64,000 bases of DNA. Origin: Amphiscolops sp. MND2022. Its lineage: Eukaryota. Below, in pieces: positions 48,101-60,100 of the stretch. Position numbers and translations under genes: made by a program. A model generated the notes under the pieces. It was not told where the DNA came from. It worked only from the letters and a program-made list of their open reading frames with translations, and ran no database searches. Within the stretch, counting starts at the first letter, position 1. Each line of letters opens with the position of its first letter. Where the stretch lies: assembly GCA_964187785.1 (NCBI GenBank), contig OZ076409.1, positions 98,706,001 to 98,770,000 on the forward strand, given 5' to 3'.

Positions 48101-51100
48101 CGCTTACAACCCATCCTAACGGAAGACGAACGGCTATCGGTGAGTTCTTCGAATCGGTTTCGAAGTACTCTAACGGATGGATGGCTGCAAAAGCGTCCTG
48201 ACCAAGAACCAACTCTACATCGGCGTAATTGTATGCTTCAGAATTCAATGGTGCAAGATGTGGATACTCTTTTTGAAGGGCAGGTATATCAATGAAATCA
48301 TGTCCAACATTGATACTTTGCTTCACATAGGGCGTTAAGTGATAGATTTCGTTGTCTTCGCCAGATAAACTGGGCAATTCCAAGTCGACTGTTTCACTGT
48401 TAACTGTCACTTGTGAATTAATTCCGTTGACTGTAACTGTGATCGGATGACCTCGAACTTTTAATTTATCTGCAAGATTCCGCGTCATCCAAGAATGACT
48501 GCAAGCGGTATCACAAAGAGCCAGAGGGGTTTCTGAACCCTTAGCTGAAGTTAACTCAGAATTGGCAACAGTCCTTTTACATTGGTTACGGCTGAGAAAC
48601 TTGCGGATTTTTCGGCTTTCGGAAGCTCCGGAACAGCGTTGGTAACATTGGCGCTAGAATCAGAGCGCACTGGCAGCGTGTTGCGCTGTTTGCTGGGGAA
48701 CACGCGGTCTGCGCCATGCAATAAAGTATTATGGCTGCTATTGCAACCGTCTTTAGTGCACTTTTAGGATTCGGACAGTTGCGGAATCCGTGGTTAGCAT
48801 TAAAGCAGGAAAAACATAGTTGGTTCTCCGCCAGCACTTTTGCTCGCTGAGTCGGCGTCTTCTCTTTAAAAACTGTGCATTTCCAGAGGCCATGATTTCC
48901 TTTACAGACAACACAAGGAGGGAAAGCTTTCTTTGTTTCTGATGCAACTCCCACCTTAGTACTTTCTGATGCGCAGTGTTGGAGGCAAAAACTTTCGAAG
49001 TAGCCTTTTTCAAGCTGACGGGGGGAGACTCTTCAATAGATGCTTTTTTCGAAATAGCTCGCATTCTCTCATGAGCCTCAGCTTTTTCCTGGAGCCACGT
49101 ATCGAAATCGAGCAATGTCGGCCGGAGAAGATCCCTTTTAACAGTATGGAGCGACCATCCTTCTTTCAAGTTAGGAGGTAACTTGGACACAGCTTGATTC
49201 AATAAGGATGCGCTTCTCAGATCAGAATCGTAACAAAGGGATTGGAAAACACTCACAAGACTCGTTATGACAGAAGCGTAGCTGACTATGCTTTCTGAGC
49301 TGTGCATTTTCACAGCAGGGTAGTTAGACAATTTATCCAAATGTGCTCCAACTACGGCCTGCGGTTGGCCGAATTTTCGCTCCAAAGTTTTTAGTGCTTG
49401 CGGGTACATGCTCCCACAGTAGGCAAAGTTGGCAATGGCTAATTTAGCTTTACCTGTAACCAGCGTTTTCAAGTATGTTAACTTCACATCGGGACTGAGT
49501 GGAGCGGAGTCAACGGCTGATCGGAATTGACCGAACCACTCATGCCTCTGCAAAGGATTTCCATCATAGGACTCGAGTTTCCACTCCGGAAGTGGATCTT
49601 TTCGACTGATGGTTAAAAGATCTGCCAAATCCTTAAGTGTTACAGGATTATTACCGGGTAATTGACTAGACGCTGGGATAGCAGCAGCGACTGAGGTAGA
49701 TGGATGGGCATTCGTGCTGGGAGGGAACGGAGCACTAGCTTGTACAACGGTTGGATTCGGTACCCGGGGTAGATAGTACACTGTTCCACCACTTGTATAT
49801 GGAACTGCACCAGCGCCATGTGCTGAGACGCTCTTAGCATTATTTGGCATTGTCGAAAAAACTTGCAACGTTGGTGGTTGAGGTTTAGAAAAAGTCCAAG
49901 AAGACAAGTTCGGAACAATATGTCTGCTTGCTGGCTGAGAAGGAGTTGGTATAGCTCGTGCAGCTGAAGAACCAGGAGGTGCAATTATCGTACCAGTGAT
50001 TCCGGGTGGAAAGCCCACATTGAGGCTACCAGTGTCCTGCAGCAGACTTCGCCCAGGAAGAATGGTTCCTGAAACTTCTAATTCTTTTGCAGGATCATTC
50101 GACAACTGCGCACCGGTCGGTGCAGAGTGTACTGACCGACGAGATGAAACCGGATATTGTTGATCACGGGGAGCTGACGACAACACTGACTCATAGTCAG
50201 TTACAACCTCAGATGTGGGTTGACGTTCTATTTGGGTAACCACAGTTCCATCGCCAGTTACTTGAGTATCATTTTCATCCCCGATGTTCTGAGCAGTGGG
50301 TTCATGTACAGATTGTGAAGTATTGTTTACCCACTCTTCAGTGCGGCCTTCCTCGGGAGCCACATCAAAGTCACGATTACTAGCTACTTCACTGGGTTGG
50401 GTGCTCTCAGCATCTATTTCCATTTCAACCTCACACATCCTGGCTTCAGCAACTTTTTGCCTGTTACTTTCTTCTATTTCCTCTAGAGCCAGCTGATTTT
50501 TGACTTGCTGTAGGCGCAGAGCTGCCTCACATTGTCTCTCGGCTTCCTCACGTCGCATCTTAGCAAGCGCTAGGTCTTTCTTGCGTTGGCTGGATGTTTT
50601 GGATGTAGATGAATTCATTTTACTGGTACTATTTGACTTGGTACTAAGTTGCTCTCTAGCCTTCGCGGTACAAATAGGGTCTTCTGGGCTGTCTAAGTAC
50701 TTTCGAGCATCTTCCAAGTATATGTGGTTATGTCTAGTGACAGTGTCCACCCAGTCTACAAGTTCATTCGTTAACTTTTCTTTCTCCTCAGTCTTTTCCG
50801 CTAATTGTAACAATTCATCGTTTTTCGCGATTGCTGCATCGAAGCATTCATGACAAGTGGCAACTGCTTTTTCCACTCTAACTTTTCGATCGCGTTTCCA
50901 GATAGCTTCTTCTATGTCAAGTTGGGCCTTTTTCAATTGTCCTTCTAATTTCGATCTCGCCTCAAAAAGCTTTGACACCTTCTCAAGGGGGTCGGCTGAC
51001 ATCACTGAATTATTTGATCAACGTAAATGGTTGATCGCACGGTAAACCACGGGAGAAACTCAAAGCAAGGAAGGAGCTTTTTTGTGATTTGTCTATAACC

Positions 51101-54100
51101 CGACAATTAAGTTAGGTCACCGACAAACACCAGAAGCGGTAGAGTTATTGGCGGGGATTCAATAGCAAGGATTTGCAATGTCAATTTTATAAGTGCGGAA
51201 AGGGGAATAGTCTAGAGAGTACAAAGAATCTCAGGCACACAGATGTACCCGACCTATAACCCACGAGTGAACCCAGGTCACGGGCCAGCACAAAGTATAG
51301 CCAAAGATAATTTAAGAAAACGGGAGAAAAATTTAGCGGAAACGGGGGCTTAAAAAACAAACGAGATCGACAAAAAATCTTCAGAAAGAGAAAAAAATGC
51401 TCAGTACCCCTCCATAACTAAGGAGTTAACCTCAGACACAGAGGAACACCAAACAAAATTTACTCCGTAACTAATAATCGATTCCGCTTAGCTCGGCGCC
51501 GGCGTTTATTAAGTTTTTTGGGACGGCTTTTTCGTACAAGAGCAGGAAGTTTTTCACTGTATTTTAAGATCAAAGTCAGGGACTTCAACTCTAGTTCATG
51601 GAGTTGATGAAGCAACGAGTATTGTTTCAAAAGCTTCCTGTCGCGAGCTTTTCTTTTGGAAATCAAGTCTTTCAAAATGTGAACTGTAAAAACTGTGTTC
51701 TTTAAGTTTTCAAAAATATCAGGCACACCTTGTCTTTTACAGTAAACTACAGCTTTTATTCTATCGCAGAACGTAGTGAGGACGTTTTGTAATTGCTGCG
51801 CGGTTAAGAGATTATTTCCGTTGCTACGGTGTTCACTCAAAGAATTGTTGACTACGTCGTGCCAAACAATAAGGTCACGTTTGCTTTTAAAACAGTTTTT
51901 GAGTAAATACTGAACTGTTTTTCTCTTGTTTACTGCGTTAGGATTGCAGCTAAGTCCGGGAATAGTAAACACTCGGGAAGCAAGACGCTTTTGAGCCTTT
52001 TTCGACAAACTTCCCAACGCGTGATGGAGTGAACTGGCTCCTAGTATGAAAACCAAAAATTTTTCCGGAGGGGAATGAAGCAAAAAGTGAAGTTTAAAGG
52101 AAAACCTACCGGACCGACCTAAGTTCTTTTGTCCTCTGACGCTGATTTACATTACACTAACTATACAGAGTTTGAACAATTTAAGCACCGAGTGAGTTCA
52201 TGAGTTTTCTATTTTGAATGTCATTATTGAAGTTTTTCACAAGTTTTTCAAACTTTCCTGAATTCGGTTTGGACTTATCTGCAAAGAAGTGACTTTCGGA
52301 GTGAAAGGGTTGAAGTGAGTTGCTTCAATTTCGGAGAAGGGCGTCGGGGTTGAAGCTCCACATCGATGACGGCCAGACGATCTTCCACATCAACCACAGG
52401 AGAAGCCAGAAAGTTAGATAAACACGAAATCCCGGGTCGCGGCACCAAAAAATGTCTCAACTTCGTCTGTCTCAATCGAACCGGGTAAGTGAAAGGCTTT
52501 TAAAAACTAAGTCTGAATTCTGATTCAGGATATTTCGGCAAACAATAATGTCCGAAGACACAATAACGTAACAATACACAAGACGAATTATATGCAACTT
52601 GCTTTAGAACGGTGTTATCGGCAAATAGTACATGTGAAATTAAGGGAACTGCAGACTGTTATGTAATGTTAACAAATACGTTAATTAATTGGATGATATA
52701 CTTTCAGAGGACAAAGGAAAATATTACGTAATAAACGGAACGCAAAAACGAAAAACTAGTTCATCCGAAATGAGCCCCACGCGGGGATCGAACCGCTTCG
52801 GTATGGTTGACAGGCACCGACCATACCGCTAGGCCATGGCGGCATGACATTGAAGTGTTTTGACGTGTACACAATTCAGTACACCGCAGACGTATTATAT
52901 TTGACCGCTTTCGATTGTTGACAAACATTGGTTGTCAACACAAGCGTTTTGCTAGCATAAAGGGTACTTTTAGAGTTTTGCAGCTCTATGCGACTTAAGG
53001 AAGATATTTTTTGATGAAATTTGAAATCAAAAATTTTCAATTTTTTCACACTCGCTTTTCGGTTTTTTAGTCGGCGCTTTTCGAAGAAAAGCGCAGACTA
53101 TAGTAGTGACTCCTTTTTTTAGTCGGCGCTTTTCGAAGAAAAACGCAGACTATAGTAGTGACTTTTTTTAAGACCAACGAACTGACAGATTTTATAAATT
53201 TTATTAGTTGACCGACTAACACTAAACTGCCACTACTGCCACACTACTTCACTGCCACACTACTTCACTGCCACACTACTTCACTGCCACACTACTTCAC
53301 TGCCACACTACTTCACTGCCACACTACTTCACTGCCACACTACTTCACTGCCACACTACTTCACTGCCACTTGGCATAAAGGTTACGGCTTTTTTGAGGT
53401 CTGCCAAGCAGAAGGACATGGGTTCGAGTCCCACCCTTGACCAAAATTTTTTTGTGCAATTTTTTTCGGCTTTGTGAGACTTTTTTTTCGCAAATATCTC
53501 CAAAAGGTCCACCCGTCATTTTTTTGTCTATTTTGCAAAAAATGGATGTTCAAAGACTCCCAGAGTGCCCCCTTTTACATGTTTCGGCACTATGCGACTT
53601 ACCGGAAACCAAAAAAAATTCGAAAAAAAATTTTAAAAAGTTCGGAATTTTTTTTCCAATTTTTCCTCAAGCGGGTACTGTAGAAGAGAATACTTGACAC
53701 TTTGAAGTCCTTTTGCTATTTTTTAGCCTTAGATATTGCGCCGACTTGGGCCGTTCCCGGCTTGTTAGTTTTTTTTCGTGAAGTTTCAGTTTTTTCATGA
53801 AGTCTTATGGGTGACATCTTTGGTTATTTTAGGTCCTGTGGTACTGATGAGGCTCTCAAAGTTTGATCTGAATTACACTGGTATTTTTGTTTCGAAGTCG
53901 AACCAAATTTTGAAAGTTATATCACAAGGTGTTTCGGCAAATTTTGGAATTTTTCGATTTTCATTACGCATTATCTCAAAAACTGCTGGTCAGAAAAAAA
54001 ACGTCCCTGTATCGTTTTCGTAGCCGTGACTCCGTTCTTTTCATTTTTTATCTAAAACTTTTTTGCTGAAGCTGAAATTGTTTTGTTTAAAAATGAACAG

Positions 54101-57100
54101 CCAAAAGTAGCTGTAAATTCTTCAAAACAATAATTTTGTTTGTGTTTTGTGATCATTTTGCGGTGATATTTCTTGAGGAGGGCCTTTAAAAAATAGTGTG
54201 AAACAAATGTTAGAGATCTGAATCGAGAGTTCAAATTTGTCACGGGCATTGTTTGTTACGTTTGTACGTTTGGAGTAAATGCATGATAAATTTAAGAAAA
54301 TGCCAAAGGTCAAAAATAAGCAAAGTGTTGTAACTTTGTAATTTTGTTTGATTTCAAAACAAAAATTACGCCTGTAACTCTGATCAAAATTTGAGACAGT
54401 TTTCTCTGTGACATTTTTGTTGATTGATTATGTAAATTTTTTTTTGCAATTTGAAATTTTTGTCTAGCTTTTTGGTACCATATCGTGACTCAAACTCGGC
54501 GAACGTTTATTGACAGTTTGTAGCCTGTACAGCCAGGCAAATTTCCTTGTTTTCAATTCCTGAACCAGTTTACAAAAGCAAAAATATAAATGCTATAACA
54601 TCGCTCAATTTGTTTACGTTTCAATTTACTAAATACCTGGTTTTGATTGAACCGGGAAGCGAAAGTAATGAAAAAGTAACGACTTTTCCAATCAAGCAGT
54701 CGCCATTTTAGCGATTTATTTGTTATTTGTACCAAAAATAGCTCAACTAATCAATCAGACAGGTTTTACGAAACACTCTCGTAAATGGCGTTGATGTAAA
54801 CAATTTCAAACGACAGTTAGGACTTCTCTTATAATGGTACTCTAAATGAAGATTTACTGTTTTGTTTTCAATAGAAAGTCTATGAAGTGACAGTCAAAAT
54901 TACCTCCTATGTTGTAAATTGTCAATATTGGAATTCTATTTTAGGGTTTTTTCTGAGAATTCTATAAAAAGTAACTGTTTTGACAATAAATAAATGCACT
55001 TTTCCAAATTTTTAGGTTTTAAGAGCAAAACTTAGAGCAAATGTAATCACTAATTTCAGGGATCCACCAGGCCGCTGATCGTTGTTAAATTTAGTCGCTG
55101 GTCAAGTCGATATTTATTAGTATTTTCACACGTTTATCAAGTATTTTCTTGTCTTCTTGTTCCGTCGTTTAAATTGTCGTTTTTGTCGTAATTTTGCTAA
55201 AAAGGTGGCTTTTTCTAACATTGGATCTCTTTCACTATGCCACCCCCCTATAGCAAAAAGGGAGGACAAAATGAAACGCTTTTAAAGACATCGCAAAGGG
55301 GGAGGACAAAGTGAAACACTTTAAAATACTTGTAAGAATTATCAACGCTTCTGATTGACTGAGTGGAGATTTGCAAATGGAAACAAATACAGGAGGGACA
55401 CAGTGTAACGAGAAACAAGACGGGAACGTCCCAAGTCGGCGCCATATCTTAGGCTCAAAAATATTCAAGGAACAACTATTGGAAAAATTTGGAAAAAAAT
55501 TTTTTTTTCAAAAAAAAATTTTTGATTTTTTTTTCGAAAAAAAGTATTTTTTAGGTCGCACAATGCCGAAAAACTCAAAAAGAGGCCATTCAGGCTCATT
55601 AAACGTTTTCTACAAACCGAAAACTTCAAAAAAATTCAAGGGGGTACCCTTTGATAAATTTCGAAAATTTTCGAAAAAAGTAGCATAGTGCCGAAAAAAA
55701 ACCCAAAGGGGGGACCCTTTGGTCTCACATGTACTTTTGGAAGCATTAAAAAATTTATGGTTTAGTGCGAGAATCGAACCCACGCTCTCCGGCTGGGTCG
55801 AAGATGGAAGATGAACAAATATGAAAGATGAACAAAAATTGTAAGAAAAGTGGACCACTCAGAGTGAGATTGTCAACTGAAAAAAAAAACTACTCACTGT
55901 AAGAGTCGGGCTTTTTTCCTTAAGGGAAAAGGCGCCGACTAAAAAGAGGGGGCATAGTGAAAAAGATTTCTAACATCTTGCGCCATAATTGAGCTTCTCG
56001 AATTATGTTGTATACCGTTTTCGTGTTAAATGAAGCATATCGGATGTTAAATGAACAACCAATAAAAACTGATTAGCTTGCTACAGCAAATCTCAACTAA
56101 TGTGAACAAAGTGGTAGCTTGAATGAATGTATAAGCGAACTCCGTATACGATTTTGTGTTCATGTAGCATTCTTTGGCGAGTGTTTGCTAAATTTGAAAG
56201 CGTCGTTGGTGGTTCTCGTTTGCCAAGTCACTTGGATGCTGATATTGTCTCGGCTTTCGTTCCAAATTTTCAGCCAATCACCGGCCACCAAACTAAAACT
56301 GCTTTACAATAAGAAGTCAAGTGAACAATATCAGCATCCAAGTGAGTTAGCAAATAAGAAAGGTTCGTATCCACGGCGTCGAAAATAAATATTTGGGCCC
56401 ACAGCTTCGAAATTAAATAATTGCTCCCACAGCGTCGAAAATTTCATACCAGCGATTATTTTCAGGTTATAATCTGAAGAGGTTATCATATTTGTTGTAT
56501 GGCTCGGTCGCTTTGCTCCCTTCGCCAAGTAGCAACATTGAGGCATGGCCATATGGCACGTCGCTCTGCTTCGCTTCGCTCATGCATTTAGGTCACTAGA
56601 AGTATGTGAACATAGCTGACTACGTTATCGTAATTTGTTCGCCGCTGTGTAACACACAAATTCAACAAATTTTAATCATTCCTGTTTACATTTTCAACCA
56701 ATCAGAAGCGTTCAATAATTATAATAAAATTGCTTTCGACCCCGTGGCACCAAATATTTATTTTCGACGCTGTGAACTTTCGACGCTGTGGGACTTTCCC
56801 ATAAGAATCACCAACGACGCTTTCAAGTTTAACAAACGCTGACCAAAGAATGCTACATGAACACAAAATCGTATGCGGCGTTCGCTCACACTTTCATTCA
56901 AGCAACCATTTCGTTCACTTTAGTTGAGATTTGCTGTAGCAGATAATCAGTTTCTATTGGTTGTTCATCCAATTCCTGATGTGCTTCATGTGGCAACTCT
57001 AACCATTGAGAATGTAGCTGTTGACGAAACTAGTGTTTGGCAGGATGGCGAAGACGGCGGAGTAGCACCAGACGAACAAGGCCAGTCTCAGTGACCTGCC

Positions 57101-60100
57101 AGTTGACCCCAGGTACACCGACTGCATGGGAAATGTCACCATCACGTAGCGGTCATAGGCGATGGTCGTCATTGATATGATGGAGCCGATGCCAGCAAAC
57201 GAAGCTGCCGTCCCTGAGTAAGTGCAGCCTGCAACCACAATGCTTGTTTCTATGCATCTCGCAAAATTCTGCCATTTTTGTATGCATCTTGCAAAATTCT
57301 GCCATTTTTGTATGATCTTGCAAAATTCTGCCATTTTTGTATGCATCTTGTAAAATTCTGGAATTTTTGTATGCATCTTGTAAAATTCTGGAATTTTTTT
57401 ATATATGTTGCAAAATTCAGCCATTTTTGTATGCATCTTGCAGAATTCTGCCATTTTTGTATGCATCTTGCAAAATTCTGCCATTTTTGTATGCATCTTG
57501 CAAAATCCTGCAATTTTCTATGGGGCGTCTGAAACTGTCAAAACCGGAATTCGAAGTTACCATTGTTCTTTAAACTAAATTCTTTCAAGTTTTACGCTTC
57601 AAGTCATGTTTGATATTGTTCTTGCTTATCCATAAAAATGAGGTGTCAAGTAAATTCAGTTCCAAATTCAAACCAATTCTCTGAAAAGTTTCAGTTTCAA
57701 ATATCAAACTCTGATATAGCTATAGAGTAACTTAAAGAGAAAGATTTCACAAAATGTTCAAGAATTTAACTCTAAATGGACGACGGTACGATTTCGTACC
57801 AGATACTTTCTGCACTATTCGGAAGGCCCCAGTTGACCGTAAGGTAATGAAAACTAGTGAATAAGATTTTCAGACAATTTTACATAGCATGGCTCACCTT
57901 TTCATCGAATATTGACTTGATGTCTCCGAAAGTGAGAAAACGGGACCAACAAATCAAAAAAATTAGAGCGCAGTATTTCCGTTTTTCAAGTTTTCGTTTG
58001 TGGCCACTTTATCGCACTGGTATCAAGATTGGGTCAAAGTAGCTCTAGCATGTTTTCAAACACGCTGAAATGTAGTCAGAGGCAAGAGGCGTGCAAGTTT
58101 TGGCGCAAAGTCCGGAGAAAGCACGGCGAAGCCCCCAGCCCAGCAGTTCAAAAAATTAATTTGAAAGCCCTGATTGTCTTCTTTCGAACGCGCTATAAAT
58201 CGCTTGTCGGACTTGATTAGTTCAGGAGATATTGCGGTTTAAATTTGAAGCACCAGGTTTTTGGATGGATCCGGAAATTTCCTCGTCCATTTAGGGTTAA
58301 TTTTTCGCTGTCATTTCATATGTTTGAATGTTGTTTAAATAACAAAAAAGCACTAAATTTCCCGGGTTTCCCTCCCATACAAAAACAGGTCAATCATACT
58401 CTGCCATCATACTCACAGTATGATTCCAGGCTGATCATACTCTGAACCATAAAGGTTTATGGTTCCAGGCTGACCATACTCTGGACATATATGGTCCAGT
58501 CTATGATACGCCATGTTCCATAAAAAAGCAAAGTTTATGGTTTCAGCCTGACCATATTCTGGGCCATATATGGTTCAGTCTATGATCAGCCTGGAACCAT
58601 AAACCTTTATGGCCCAGAGTATGGTCAGCCTGGAGCCATAAAAAGAAAATTAAGATAATGTAGTCAATTAACGCATACACTGATTAAATTACAAGATATT
58701 CCTCAATCAAAGGTCCAATACAATCACCAAATTGAAAACAAGGTAGCAATCATCAATTTTTGGCAGCTTTTGCTGAATTATTGGTAATTTTTCTCGAAAT
58801 AATCGAAAATCACAATGCGAAGTGGGTACTGCTATAACAAAAGAGTTAGTTATTAACTAGGGCGTGGCTGAAAACAAATTGAGTGACTATAGTTTGTTTT
58901 TAACTCCGCTTAGAATGTAAAGGAGTTCTGACCTGCAATGTATCGTTCGCAGATACAAAAGGTCGAATGTGGCTCTATTGCCCTCAGCCTATAAAACTGG
59001 TTGTTCTCAATATTTGAAAAACTTTGTTTGGGTTGCATGTCACGTCAACCCGCGTTTGGAACAAAAATTTATGATTCCAGGCTGATCATACTCTTGACCA
59101 TATATGATTCCAGGCCGATCATACTCTGGACCATATATGATTCCAGGCCCATCATAGCAAGATCATAGTAAGGAAATTTGTATGATTTGCATGGTGCCAT
59201 AATATGGTCAGATTATGATCGGCCTGGTCGGGAAACCCGGGTTAGTTTTTGATGAACTTTTTACAACTTTTCCGAAAAATTTGAAGTCCATTCACATTTT
59301 TTTTTTCAAATTTTATATCGAAGTCCGAACGTTTTCTCTTTTATTTTTTAGTAAGTTTGTGAATTTAGTAAGTTTCAATTACGACAAAACAGTTTCCGAT
59401 TTCCAAAGTTATTTGAATCCTGCAACTTCAAAGATTTTTTGTGAAAACAAAAAAGTTTTTTCTCATGGAAAGCATCAATATTGTTTTCAAGTAACGTGTT
59501 GATCAGTTTATGTTCTAAGAGCAAGAGAAAACAGAAAAAAGTGCTTTTCGATTGTGAATTATCAATCATTTTGAACTTGAAATGATTTCAAGTGAAATTT
59601 GCATAGTTATCGAAAAACAAGATTTTGGTTAAGACTGACCTAAATGCGCTTGAAAGCAAATATTGAACTCAATATAATTTCTTTTCGCACGCTTCAATGA
59701 AATTGGAAAAAAAACACAGTTTAAAACTATACACGAAAGCATTAGTGGTAAGTTTGGCGGTCATAAAACAAGCTCAAAATCACGCCAGGCACACGGAAAT
59801 TTTTATGCAAGTTTCTGGCAGAAGACCTGTTACATCATTGGCCTTTAGAGGTCATAGCTAAAGATAAAAAGTTGTTGATAAACAAACTTTAACATATTCT
59901 GATTGTTCCGACGTATTCGCTTGATATCTATCTGTATGTTACTAAACATAGAATCTTCTTCAAATGCATCTCCGCTTTTTATCGAAAATACAGGACCAGT
60001 TCCAAACCGACTTTTCGCGAAAATGAACTAAATTTCAGCCATTTGGGAATGAGAATTCACTTAAGTGACGTTTTCCATATAACCGTAAACCCGGGGGGGC

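Larger units (their letters stand above)
44201..52940 (-). mobile_element. BEL/Pao LTR retrotransposon
   Basis: 488-bp LTRs 44201-44688 and 52453-52940 (2 differences seen), 5-bp TSD CAAGC, PBS TGGTGCCGCGACCCGGGA (tRNA-His-like), PPT GGGGGCGGAGGA. Confidence 0.97.

Noticed and set aside
57250..57573. ORFs such as MHTKMAEFCK repeats
   Set aside because: Translations of the 30-bp intronic minisatellite; only 57228-57004 is exon.
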